From an uncultured Candidatus Bathyarchaeia archaeon (GTDB lineage Archaea; Thermoproteota; Bathyarchaeia; RBG-16-48-13; CAYPFQ01), in the NCBI GenBank assembly GCA_964473665.1, contig CAYYPV010000076.1, forward strand, positions 3,332 through 67,331: DNA of 64,000 bases. Reading direction: 5' to 3'. Each line of letters starts with the position of its first letter. The first letter of the stretch is position 1. Shown here one piece after another: positions 40,538 through 49,928 of the stretch. The notes below the pieces were generated by a model, which ran no database searches, was not told the DNA's origin, and saw only the letters and a list, made by a program, of their open reading frames with translations. The position numbers were made by a program, and so were the translations under genes.

Positions 40538-40981
40538 AGGAGGAATAGAGAAACGCCACGAGGTGAATTTGCAGCGCGGACACTGCGCTCCAAGCGAAAG
40601 AAGTTCAGATGGAAGTACCGATACTTTAAACGCCGAGAGTTAGGTCTCGATGTCAAGGCTGATCCATTAAAAGGCGCTCCTATGGGACGTGGAATTGTAC
40701 TGGAAAAAGTTGGAGTAGAAAGCCGCCAACCAAATAGTGCAATAAGAAAATGTGTAAGAGTTCAACTGATTAAAAACGGTACGGTTGTCACAGCTTTCCT
40801 TCCCGGAGATGGTGCATTAAACTTCATTGACGAACATGATGAAGCATTAATTACAGGAATAGGCGGTCCGCGCGGTAAAGCCTATGGAGACCTACCAGGC
40901 GTCAGATACCAAGTAATCGGCGTAAACGGGGTTTCACTTCGAGCTCTCATTCTCGGAAAGAAAGAAAAACCAGTACGGTAA
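40538..40981 (+). CDS. rps12: Ribosomal protein S12 (uS12); true start codon unresolved
   Basis: The ORF-track M (40682) is internal. The in-frame upstream codons encode the conserved S12 N-terminus ([42 protein letters not shown]). No ATG/GTG/TTG lies between the in-frame stop at 40457 and 40682. A GGAGG occurs at 40539–40543. Confidence 0.85.
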   Translation, partial: RRNRETPRGEFAARTLRSKRKKFRWKYRYFKRRELGLDVKADPLKGAPMGRGIVLEKVGVESRQPNSAIRKCVRVQLIKNGTVVTAFLPGDGALNFIDEHDEALITGIGGPRGKAYGDLPGVRYQVIGVNGVSLRALILGKKEKPVR

Positions 40982-40997
40982 TTAGTTCGGTGAAATC

Positions 40998-41570
40998 ATG
41001 AGTTTAGAAATGCCAAAACTTTTTGAGAAATGGGGTTCCGAAGGGATTGAAATCCAAGATCCTGGGTTACAAAATTACATATCTCTAAAACCAGCATTTA
41101 TTCCCCATAGCGGAGGCAGACATGAACATAAACGATTCAAAAAATCCGAAATCAATATTGTTGAAAGACTTGTTAATAATATGATGCATCCAGGTCGATC
41201 TGGCGGGAAGAAAGCTAAGGCGACCGGGATAGTTAAAAACGCTTTTGAAATCATCTCTCTTAAGACAGGGCGAAATCCAGTTGAAGTTTTTGTCCGGGCA
41301 TTGGAAAACTCTGCGCCTTGCGAAGACACCACACGAATAAGCTACGGAGGAATAGTTTATCATGTTGCTGTCGACATTTCGCCGCAGCGTCGTGTAGACA
41401 TTGCTTTACGCCTTATTGCAAACGGTGCAAGAAAAGCCTCATTCAGTAATCCAAAGTCAATAGAGGAATGTCTTGCAGATGAAATAATTCTGGCAGCTAA
41501 CAGAGATAGCAAAAGCTACGCTGTACAGAAAAAAGATGAGCTTGAGAGAGTTGCGCTATCCTCCCGTTAA
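40998..41570 (+). CDS. rps7: Ribosomal protein S7 (uS7)
   Basis: 190 aa, S7-like throughout. Confidence 0.95.
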   Translation: MSLEMPKLFEKWGSEGIEIQDPGLQNYISLKPAFIPHSGGRHEHKRFKKSEINIVERLVNNMMHPGRSGGKKAKATGIVKNAFEIISLKTGRNPVEVFVRALENSAPCEDTTRISYGGIVYHVAVDISPQRRVDIALRLIANGARKASFSNPKSIEECLADEIILAANRDSKSYAVQKKDELERVALSSR

Positions 41571-41863
41571 GATACTGTTTTCTTCTTGCTCAACTTCGCC
41601 TTCATTTATGTTCAATGTATTTTTTGGTTTTTAACATGTCAATTAGCTGAATCCATTATACTGTGGGTTATTCCACGTTTCCCAGCTACTTATCGTTTGA
41701 GTTCATTTAGTACAATTTCAAAGGGTAGGTTTGCTTTTCGCTACTTCAACCATAACCGCTCCGCTCATTTTCCAATTAATCAAAATGTATTGATTAACAG
41801 TAAAAGCGATAAAGTATACGTATGTGAGAAATGTGAAGTTGAAAAACAAGCGGGCTAATAGGC

Positions 41864-41875
41864 TAAATTAATCTA
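41864..41875 (+). promoter_or_regulatory. Candidate TATA box (TTTAAATA) for the EF-1alpha transcript
   Basis: 'ctatttaaatatcac' lies about 95 nt upstream of the tuf ATG in an AT-rich region with short tandem repeats (AAATATTAC x2, AAATAC x2). Confidence 0.35.
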
Positions 41876-41965
41876 TTTAAATATCACTTAAATATTACAA
41901 ATATTACAACAAGTTAAAATAACTGAAGACTTCAGTATCGAAATACAAAATACAAAAAAGGTGTT

Positions 41966-43273
41966 ATGAATATGTCAAGCGAAAAACCTCACCTGAACCT
42001 CGTGGTGATTGGGCATGTTGACCATGGCAAAAGCACCACTATGGGACATCTTCTCAATTTAACAGGATACATCGACGAAAGAATGATAAAGGAATACGCT
42101 TCAGAATCAGAAAAAACCGGAATGGGCGACACCTTCAAGTTCGCATACGTTCTGGACAGACTGAAGGAAGAACGTGAACGCGGCGTAACCATCGACCTAG
42201 CCTTCTGGAAATTCGAAACCAAAAAATTCTTCTTCACCTTAATAGACGCACCTGGACATAGAGACTTCATCAAAAACATGATAACTGGAACAAGCCAAGC
42301 CGACGTAGCCGTACTAATCTCATCATCTAAAAAAGGCGAATTCGAGGCCGGAATAGGCCCAGGAGGCCAAACACGTGAACACGCATTCCTCGCAAAAACT
42401 CTGGGCGTAAACCAGATCGTCGTCGCCGTAAACAAAATGGATGATGCCACAGTTAAATATAGTAAAGAAAGATACGAGGAAGTCAAAAAAGAAATTGAAA
42501 AACTCCTCAAAATAGTAGGCTTCGACCCAGCAAAAACACCAATAATCCCCGTTTCAGGCTGGACCGGAGAAAACCTAGTAGAACCCAGCAAGAACATGCC
42601 ATGGTACACGGGCAAAACACTCGTAGAAGCACTCGACACATTCACGGAGCCAGAAAAACCAATAACAAAACCCCTGAGACTACCAATACAAGACGTATAC
42701 TCAATAACAGGCGTAGGAACAGTTCCAGTAGGACGCGTAGAAACAGGAGTACTTAAAGAAGGGGAAACTGTCATAGTCATGCCGCCCGGCGTAAAAGGCG
42801 AAGTAAAAACAATCGAAACGCACCATGTAAGAATACCTAAAGCACTACCGGGAGACAACATAGGCTTCAACCTACGAGGCGTAGCAAAAACAGACATAGC
42901 CAGAGGCGACGTAGTTGGACCCGCCGACAAACCCCCAACGGTCGCCAAAGAATTCATCGGGCAAATAATTGTAATCTACCACCCAACAGCAATAGCACAA
43001 GGATACACACCAGTACTACACGCACACACTGCCCAAATAGCATGCAAATTCGTAGAACTAATCCAAAAAATAGACCCAAGAACAGGACAGGTCTCCGAAG
43101 AAAAACCCGCATACCTAAAAACAGGCGACAGCGCCCTAGTCAAACTACAACCACTAAAACCAATAGTCATAGAACCATACAACGAAATCCCACAACTAGG
43201 CAGATTCGCAATCAGAGATATGGCATCCACCGTCGCAGCGGGCGTAGTGAAACAAATCACTCAGAAAGCGTAG
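41966..43273 (+). CDS. tuf: Translation elongation factor 1-alpha (aEF-1alpha)
   Basis: 435 aa with [14 protein letters not shown] and NKMD G-motifs. Confidence 0.97.
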   Translation: MNMSSEKPHLNLVVIGHVDHGKSTTMGHLLNLTGYIDERMIKEYASESEKTGMGDTFKFAYVLDRLKEERERGVTIDLAFWKFETKKFFFTLIDAPGHRDFIKNMITGTSQADVAVLISSSKKGEFEAGIGPGGQTREHAFLAKTLGVNQIVVAVNKMDDATVKYSKERYEEVKKEIEKLLKIVGFDPAKTPIIPVSGWTGENLVEPSKNMPWYTGKTLVEALDTFTEPEKPITKPLRLPIQDVYSITGVGTVPVGRVETGVLKEGETVIVMPPGVKGEVKTIETHHVRIPKALPGDNIGFNLRGVAKTDIARGDVVGPADKPPTVAKEFIGQIIVIYHPTAIAQGYTPVLHAHTAQIACKFVELIQKIDPRTGQVSEEKPAYLKTGDSALVKLQPLKPIVIEPYNEIPQLGRFAIRDMASTVAAGVVKQITQKA

Positions 43274-43695
43274 CATGTCTTTCTTTATCCATCTTTATTC
43301 TGCATGATGCAGTAGCTCAGAGGCTATGAAGAGCAGTCTATGTTGCCATTGAGAAGGATAGAGTTGCGGCAAACCAGCTGTTTTAATCGCTGTTAATTCT
43401 CCAGATCCCAAGCAGAAACAAGAGCTACTGAACATTCTGGCTCAACTGTACAAGTTAACCTCGTACAAAAAAGGGGCTTTACGTTCTCGCAGAGGAAGAC
43501 TCTATTCCTCCCGTAAAAGCGTATATCCAAGAACGATTTCCAAACACCCGTTCTGTTTCCATGGTTGAAATTGAGATGTTTGGATGATGCTACATGGAGT
43601 TAATCCCCTTCTGCACCTGATAAGATAAATTAAGATAGTTAACTGGGTTAAGCAAAAGGCTTAAAACGCACGCCTCTCTTTTTCCCTAAACCTAG

Positions 43696-44016
43696 GTGCT
43701 TTACTCATTGGTAACAAAGGCTAGAATCCGTTTAACAAGTACTGATCCCAAAAAGATCGACAGCGTAGCCAGTGAGGTAAAACAAATAGCCGAAAAAACC
43801 GGCGTAAAAATGGCTGGGCCAATCCCTCTACCGACGAAGCATATTAAAGTTCCAACGAGAAAATCACCGTGCGGAGAAGGCACACACACTTGGGATCGAT
43901 GGGAAATGAGGATTCATAAAAGACTAATTGAACTTGACGCCAACGAGCGATGCATGCGAAGAATAATGAGGCTTAAAGTTCCAGACGAAGTCTTCGTCGA
44001 AATAGAGTTAACCTAA
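43696..44016 (+). CDS. rps10: Ribosomal protein S10 (uS10)
   Basis: 106 aa with '[10 protein letters not shown]', the S10 signature. The start could instead be the TTG at 43711. Confidence 0.9.
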   Translation: MLYSLVTKARIRLTSTDPKKIDSVASEVKQIAEKTGVKMAGPIPLPTKHIKVPTRKSPCGEGTHTWDRWEMRIHKRLIELDANERCMRRIMRLKVPDEVFVEIELT

Positions 44017-44085
44017 TCAAGCATCCTAATTATTTCACTCTTTTGCGCTTACAATGACTAGGTTATACCTGAAGGAATATCATAG

Positions 44086-44667
44086 TTGCCCCAACAAAAA
44101 ACCATAATAGAAAAAATCCAGAAAACTGTAAAACAAAAAACAAAAAATTATGGATGCCACGGGTGGGATCATGTGGAACGAGTATACAACTTATGCATCT
44201 TTATCGGTAGACAGGAAAAAGCGGATATTGAAATCCTAAAGATAGCTTCGCTACTTCATGACATTAAACGTGATGGAGAAAAAGGCGACCATGCATTAGA
44301 AAGCTCTGTAGAAGCTGAAAAACTTCTAAGAAAACTGCATTTTCCGCAAAATAAAATTATGAAGGTTACAGATGCAATAAAGGCACATAGATTTCGAGGT
44401 AAAATTAAACCCTTAACCTTAGAGGCTAAAATACTATCCGACGCTGATAAATTGGACGCCATGGGTGCTGTAGGAATTTATCGTGCATCATCATTTGGGG
44501 CGGAGAGTAAGAGAAGCTTACAACAAACAATAACTCACTTTCACGAAAAACTGCTCAAACTTAGACGACTAATGTACACGCCTACCGGCAAGAATCTTGC
44601 AAACAAAAGAAACAGATTTATGCTAGCCTATCTGAAGCAACTTGAAGCAGAGGCCGTCCTTAACTAA
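44086..44667 (+). CDS. HD-domain metal-dependent phosphohydrolase
   Basis: 193 aa with H…HD motifs (HGWDHVERV…LLHDIKR). Confidence 0.7.
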   Translation: MPQQKTIIEKIQKTVKQKTKNYGCHGWDHVERVYNLCIFIGRQEKADIEILKIASLLHDIKRDGEKGDHALESSVEAEKLLRKLHFPQNKIMKVTDAIKAHRFRGKIKPLTLEAKILSDADKLDAMGAVGIYRASSFGAESKRSLQQTITHFHEKLLKLRRLMYTPTGKNLANKRNRFMLAYLKQLEAEAVLN

Positions 44668-44705
44668 TAAAAGAGGATCTAATCGCGCACAATATTTCGG
44701 AGAAT

Positions 44706-46361
44706 TTACACTGGTGAAGCGTTAACTATCACAGGGTTAAGCCCTTTGAATCCGTTAAGCCATGTCATCCTTTCGGTTTTAAGTTTTTTAACAAAATCAT
44801 CAATTTTTTCCTGAGTGTAAAATCTGGCTAAATCGAATTTAGCCATATCAACTCCGTTAACCTTTTTCGGTATAATTGTGTCGAAATAGGGTTCTGACTG
44901 CCATTCAATAGAACCTTTAACTATTCCTCTTATTATTGACGCCATTTCAGGTATCTCAACACGAACAACATTCTGTCGAACGATTTTCTTCCCATTTTCC
45001 TCATCCATTAGTTCTCCGACGCCGCCCGTGTTCAATAGATAGCATTGCACCTTGTTTCTATGCCTTTTAACAAAATCATAAAACCAGTTTCCCTCTTCCG
45101 CCTCATCCCCAACAATGAATGGATTTGTTCCAACTTCTCTCACCGACTCTCCAGCTCGACGGGGATCACCAGCCGACGTTTCGATGGATTCTCCAAGCAT
45201 AAATGCAGCTGCCCCCTGCTCAGGGGTAAGCTTCGAACATATAGGAACCACAGTATTCCTTCTTGTAATGAAAATTACAATCAGCCCATCGACTTCGCTA
45301 AGCGGAGGCAGATTTACAGTTTCTGACTTATTGTTTCGAAGATCAGTTCGCTGTATAATTGCACGTCCATTACCCGTTAACGTTTCATCATTAAAATAGA
45401 CATTGCCATCATAGTCAACCATAACATTTTCAAATATTGTGTCAGGACTTATAGCAGCCCGGTATACAATTGGCTGTATAGCTGGATCCAAATATCCCGT
45501 TTTAAGGTAAAATCCTCTTTCAGACCCTAACGCTGAACCATCTTCTCTTAAGAAGACAACATCATCCTGCGCTATTTCTATGCCCTCTCCTTCTCCAAGT
45601 AGGCCATGATCGTGGCATGCATGGGTCGTTTTGCCGGTGGCGCTGAGCCCGAATAAAATCATGCTGTACCTGTTAATTTTACCCTCTCTATTCTTTGCCT
45701 TAACAATTTTTGCTCCTGCATGCACACCTAACATATTCTCTTTTTTGGCGAACCACATCGCCAGTCTCAAAAAGCCCTTTTTAGCCTCTCCATAATAATC
45801 TGATCCAAGAACGTAAGTAACCCCAATTTCAGGAAAAACAATTATCTGCCTATCTTTCTCCTGCCACTCCGGGATGTAAAGAAGATAAAATTTAGGTCCC
45901 GGCGCTCCTTCTCGCAGTGGAAAAAGCGTTTGCCCCACCATATAAGCTAGGCGCATCATCTCTTTCCTATGAACAGATACATACAACTTGCAATGCGGAT
46001 TAAAATACTGATTCTCACACATAGTTCTATCTACGCAAACTATAGGTGCTCTTTTTAAGTAAGCATGAATAAGCTCCACGGTTTTCGGTGTATCCCTCAG
46101 TATTTCTTTTTGCCTTTGAGTTGGTCGCGGTTGAAGCACTTCTTCACCGCCAAAGTAGACAGTTAGTCCAGCACTTCTATTTTTAATGGATGAAACAAAA
46201 TTATAACTCCCGAACTTTGTCCTAGTACCGTATCGCTCAGCTTCCCACCGAAGCTCCTCGTGTAATGGGTGAGTTACGTTTAACTTCCCATCTAACTCTT
46301 TCATCATATCTAAAACTCTTTCAAGTATCGGCTTCGCAGCGACGATCTCCTGTTCACTCAT
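44706..46361 (-). CDS. pckA: Phosphoenolpyruvate carboxykinase (ATP)
   Basis: 551 aa with a P-loop 'GLSATGKTT', ATP-PEPCK-like. Confidence 0.75.
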   Translation of the reverse strand: MSEQEIVAAKPILERVLDMMKELDGKLNVTHPLHEELRWEAERYGTRTKFGSYNFVSSIKNRSAGLTVYFGGEEVLQPRPTQRQKEILRDTPKTVELIHAYLKRAPIVCVDRTMCENQYFNPHCKLYVSVHRKEMMRLAYMVGQTLFPLREGAPGPKFYLLYIPEWQEKDRQIIVFPEIGVTYVLGSDYYGEAKKGFLRLAMWFAKKENMLGVHAGAKIVKAKNREGKINRYSMILFGLSATGKTTHACHDHGLLGEGEGIEIAQDDVVFLREDGSALGSERGFYLKTGYLDPAIQPIVYRAAISPDTIFENVMVDYDGNVYFNDETLTGNGRAIIQRTDLRNNKSETVNLPPLSEVDGLIVIFITRRNTVVPICSKLTPEQGAAAFMLGESIETSAGDPRRAGESVREVGTNPFIVGDEAEEGNWFYDFVKRHRNKVQCYLLNTGGVGELMDEENGKKIVRQNVVRVEIPEMASIIRGIVKGSIEWQSEPYFDTIIPKKVNGVDMAKFDLARFYTQEKIDDFVKKLKTERMTWLNGFKGLNPVIVNASPV

Positions 46362-46458
46362 CTCGCCTATACTCCATTAACCTTCGGTTTATCGTTTTAA
46401 GAGCTTAATATGTATATTGGTAAATTTTTAAATAATTTGTTAACAAATTGTTAAAAAT

Positions 46459-46926
46459 ATGAGAGATCTAGATAAGAGGATACTGGTCCAGTTGATAAAG
46501 GATTGTCAGCAACCAGTCTCTAAGATGGCTGAAAAAGTTGGGGTTACAAGACAAACTGTTGCAAAAGAAATTAAACAATTAAAAGACTCTGGTATGATTA
46601 ACAGCTTCACAGTTAAGTTGAATCCCGAAAAATTTGGTCTAAGAACTAAAGCCTACATTCTAATGCGTGAGGATCCTCGAAGCGAATTCAGGAAGAGAAA
46701 TGAGGAGATTCTCAAGAGAATTCACCAAGTATCTGGTTTCTACAGACTCTTTGGGGAGCATGATGCCATCCTAGAAGTTCAAGTTAAAAACAGTGAAGAG
46801 CTAACAGAGCTTGTCAAAAGAATTCATAAATTAAAAGGTGTAAGGGAAACTGACACGCTCATAGTTCATAGTACTGTAAAAGATAAATCAGAAGATCCAG
46901 TAGAAGGGCTTCTAGAGGAATATTAA
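46459..46926 (+). CDS. Lrp/AsnC family transcriptional regulator
   Basis: 155 aa with an N-terminal HTH (VSKMAEKVGVTRQTVAKEIKQL) and a C-terminal RAM domain. Confidence 0.8.
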   Translation: MRDLDKRILVQLIKDCQQPVSKMAEKVGVTRQTVAKEIKQLKDSGMINSFTVKLNPEKFGLRTKAYILMREDPRSEFRKRNEEILKRIHQVSGFYRLFGEHDAILEVQVKNSEELTELVKRIHKLKGVRETDTLIVHSTVKDKSEDPVEGLLEEY

Positions 46927-46934
46927 CTATAATA

Positions 46935-47046
46935 TGGCGCCGGGTAAGGGATTCGAACCCCTGTGAGCCGAATGGCCCACCGGCTATCTAGGCTTATAAC
47001 AGTAAAGTTCTCAAGGCCGGCGCATTATCCGCTCTGCCAACCCGGC
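46935..47046 (-). tRNA. tRNA-Ser (anticodon TGA) with a ~24-nt intron at the canonical 37/38 position, CCA encoded
   Basis: On the minus strand: GCCGGGT-TG-GCAG… acceptor/D region. Anticodon stem CCGGC/GCCGG flanking CTTGAG, then a 24-nt intron, then A. Long variable arm with a GGGCC/GGCTC stem. T-arm AGGGG-TTCGAAT-CCCTT. 3' end ACCCGGC-G-CCA. Confidence 0.6.
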
Positions 47047-47119
47047 GGCGTTCAAGACACAAGGCTTTTTGATTGAATAAATACTTTATCAATTTCATAA
47101 GTCATGCGGTGATTTCACT

Positions 47120-47554
47120 GTGGCTAAAAAACGATTTGAGTTTCTTGAACATACAAGCGATGCGTTTGTCGCTGGCTACGGTGATACACTAGAAGAGGCA
47201 TTTGAAAATGTAGCTTTAGGAATGTTTGAAGTTATGACGGACACGTCTAAAGTTAATCCACTTAATAAAACGATGATCAAAGCAGAAGCGGAGGACAAGC
47301 AAGCCTTACTCTACACTTGGCTTGAACAGCTTATAATCAAATTTGAAACTGAAGGAAACTTGTACTCCAAATTCAAAGTGAACAAAATTGAGGAAACATC
47401 CAACGGCTTCAGATTAACATCAACAGCGTGGGGTGAACCTTACAATCCTAAAAAACATCAATCTAGAACAGCCGTTAAAGCAGTAACCTACCACGATATG
47501 GACATACGTAAAGAAGATGGAAAATTCACAGTGAAAGTCCTATTCGACATTTAA
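47120..47554 (+). CDS. Archease (RtcB activation factor)
   Basis: 144 aa of archease-like sequence (FEFLEHTSDAFVAGYGDTLEEAFENVALGMFEVM). Confidence 0.8.
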   Translation: MAKKRFEFLEHTSDAFVAGYGDTLEEAFENVALGMFEVMTDTSKVNPLNKTMIKAEAEDKQALLYTWLEQLIIKFETEGNLYSKFKVNKIEETSNGFRLTSTAWGEPYNPKKHQSRTAVKAVTYHDMDIRKEDGKFTVKVLFDI

Positions 47555-47641
47555 GCCAAAATAAGAGACTGCCATAGAAATATGCCATACCTGATGACTA
47601 GGTCGAAGAAACTTTGAAATCGAAAGATCAGCTGTCAGGCA

Positions 47642-48121
47642 CTATCTCATAAATGCTGCCTTAAGGTTAGGTCTGAAAAGCAGCCATAGAATAAAGGCAT
47701 AAATTACTAACTGGATTGCCGCGCTGAACAAATAAATCTCCAAACTGGAACCTGTTGGAATATCCGATGGGTAATAAGCCACTAAAATGAGTGTAACTAT
47801 AGCTGAAAAAACTCCGTAAGCCGCCAATACGATGCCCAAACTTCTACTCCACTTCTTCAATGTCCACAGCCCGTACCCTGCAACCAGCTCTAAACCGCCT
47901 ATGATCAATGAAAAAACGTCAAGAGAAAACAATGAAAAGATACCGAAAATAAAAAACAGAATAGTGACGTACGTAACAATGCTTGGCCGAATGGATTGAG
48001 GGCCCATCACCTGAGACTGATCTATAGGCATTCCTGTGACTGATTGAACAGAAGCGCCACAATAAGGACAATAAGTAGCTTCATCCGGAATTTTTTTTCC
48101 ACAATTATTACATAAAGCCAT
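47642..48121 (-). CDS. Membrane protein with N-terminal zinc ribbon (hypothetical)
   Basis: 159 aa with CNNCGK…CPYCG followed by about 4 transmembrane helices. Confidence 0.45.
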   Translation of the reverse strand: MALCNNCGKKIPDEATYCPYCGASVQSVTGMPIDQSQVMGPQSIRPSIVTYVTILFFIFGIFSLFSLDVFSLIIGGLELVAGYGLWTLKKWSRSLGIVLAAYGVFSAIVTLILVAYYPSDIPTGSSLEIYLFSAAIQLVIYAFILWLLFRPNLKAAFMR

Positions 48122-48345
48122 ACGTTCACCCTTACAATATGTCAGTGACTATCTTAAAACCTACATAAAAAGCGATACTATAGATCTTAGAAATTGGAAT
48201 TAAATCTATTAGCCATTCAGTCGAATCTATGGTTAAAAATCCACCGGCTTGCAGTATAAAGATTCAAAGTTATCTAATGTAGGTTACTATCAACAAACTA
48301 TGCGAGCTATAATGATTTCATTAAATTAGCCAGAAAATTTTGCAC

Positions 48346-48783
48346 TTAGCCTTTTAGCTTTTCCAGAATAATCGCAGGGCAAATCTTCGTTACACCATCT
48401 ATTTTTCCAAGTTTCTCAGACACTATCCTTAAAAGTGCCTTTCCATCTTCTGCCCAAACCTCACACATTATCATGTGGTCACCCGTAGATGTGGCGACAT
48501 ACTTCGTTTCTCTTATATCGCATATTTTCTGAGCAGCCTCAAGCAATTTAGGCGGATCCACATCGACTCCAATTATAGCTATAGTGTTAAGTCCAATTTT
48601 TTGAGGGTTAATGGAAACAGAAAACCTCTTTATAACCTGCTTATCCATCAGCGCTAAAACTCTTTTCCTGACAGTAGACTCGTTAAGCTGAAGCTTCCTA
48701 GCTATCTCGGAAAACGAGGTGCTTGAATCAGATTCAAGGATGTTTAAAATTTTCAAATCCACTTCATCGACCATTTTTATCAC
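48346..48783 (-). CDS. Lrp/AsnC family transcriptional regulator
   Basis: 145 aa with an HTH (FSEIARKLQLNESTVRKRV) and a RAM domain. Confidence 0.8.
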   Translation of the reverse strand: MIKMVDEVDLKILNILESDSSTSFSEIARKLQLNESTVRKRVLALMDKQVIKRFSVSINPQKIGLNTIAIIGVDVDPPKLLEAAQKICDIRETKYVATSTGDHMIMCEVWAEDGKALLRIVSEKLGKIDGVTKICPAIILEKLKG

Positions 48784-48971
48784 CCTTATTCTGGTTTTAA
48801 GTGCATTTAACCCTATTTCATTACTTTACATTTGTAAATAAGTATATTTATTTAACATTTTCTGCTAATATAATAATATTAGCGGAATATATTAGCCTTA
48901 TAAAGGAAAAATTTAGGATTATTTGTGCCCGTCCGTTTGTTATCCGCTTTAGGCTTTAAGGGGGGATAAGA

Positions 48972-49430
48972 TTGGTAATGAACAAACTTCGAACGGCTGA
49001 GTCAGTTCAGGAATTAGTTGAGCGTCCTGTTGGTTCACGTAAGGTTTTACATGATAGAAAGATCTTAAAACTGAAAGGAATGTTTGAAAAAGGCTACTCG
49101 GATGATGAAATTGGGCAAGAACTCGGATGGAAAAAAGATACGGTAATACATTACCGTTCTAAATTTAAGCTATTAAGGAAAAAAGAGAGTTACGTAACTC
49201 TAAATCCTGACAAGCTAGACGAACTTTTGGAAAAGATCACAAACAGTAACGACCATATGCCCAGATGGGAAATAGCTGAAAAAATAAACGCCAGCCACAG
49301 GTTGTGGCGTTGCATAAGCAATAAGCGATGTAAAGGCCTCCAAAAATGGCAATTCGAAAAACTTTCAGAGCTAGCAGGCATACCTTTCAAAACAGCCATT
49401 CAAATATATGCCTTACATGAAACACCTTAA
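48972..49430 (+). CDS. Hypothetical protein with two HTH-like segments
   Basis: 152 aa. 'GYSDDEIGQELGWKKDTVIHYRSKF' is sigma-70 region-4/LuxR-like. A second HTH-like segment lies around 'RWEIAEKINASHRLW'. Confidence 0.4.
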   Translation: MVMNKLRTAESVQELVERPVGSRKVLHDRKILKLKGMFEKGYSDDEIGQELGWKKDTVIHYRSKFKLLRKKESYVTLNPDKLDELLEKITNSNDHMPRWEIAEKINASHRLWRCISNKRCKGLQKWQFEKLSELAGIPFKTAIQIYALHETP

Positions 49431-49502
49431 ACTAACTTAGCACACATGATTCCCGCGCATAAATCCACTGGTTTTTTTAAAAGTTAATTTTTAAAATAGA
49501 CT

Positions 49503-49545
49503 AAATCATTGTCACTCTGAAATAGACAATGATTTTTATTATTGA
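49503..49545 (+). terminator. Hairpin (11-bp perfect inverted repeat AAATCATTGTC/GACAATGATTT) followed by a T-run; candidate terminator
   Basis: ctaaatcattgtcactctgaaatagacaatgatttttattatt lies about 75 nt downstream of the stop at 49430. Confidence 0.35.
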
Positions 49546-49928
49546 GACAAATCAGTGGAGAAATGAGACTAAACCTAGATTTATACATAAATTCAGGATT
49601 TTCTTGCACTCTTCTTTTTTACCTACTTTATAGGTGCTAACTCGTGTAATAATCAGCTACTCCATTATGTATTTGAATAACGGTTTTCATGAATTCTCCA
49701 ATTCTGCGTAAAATATCTAAATATTTTCAGATATTCCATGAAGCACCACTCGCACCAGATAAGATAAATTGTCTATATTTTCACTTGCTAACCGTAGACC
49801 ATAACCAACTGCTCATTAAGAGTTAATTTATCATTAAATTCATTAATTTTCAAACTAAACCTTAAAGTTATTTTATAACCTCCGCACCTCAATTCTATGA
49901 AGAACTCAAAAAGAAGAAGTGGAATCCT

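Noticed and set aside
41570-41966. Expected aEF-2 gene between rps7 and tuf, as in the euryarchaeal str operon
   Set aside because: Only about 400 nt of AT-rich non-coding sequence with a TATA-like box is present. Absence of EF-2 here is the normal crenarchaeal/thaumarchaeal arrangement, not a deletion.
43588-43620. C/D box sRNA in the tuf–rps10 spacer
   Set aside because: Only an imperfect C box (GGATGATGC) and one CTGA were found, with no convincing C' and D' pair or terminal stem. It is recorded under the motif finding instead.
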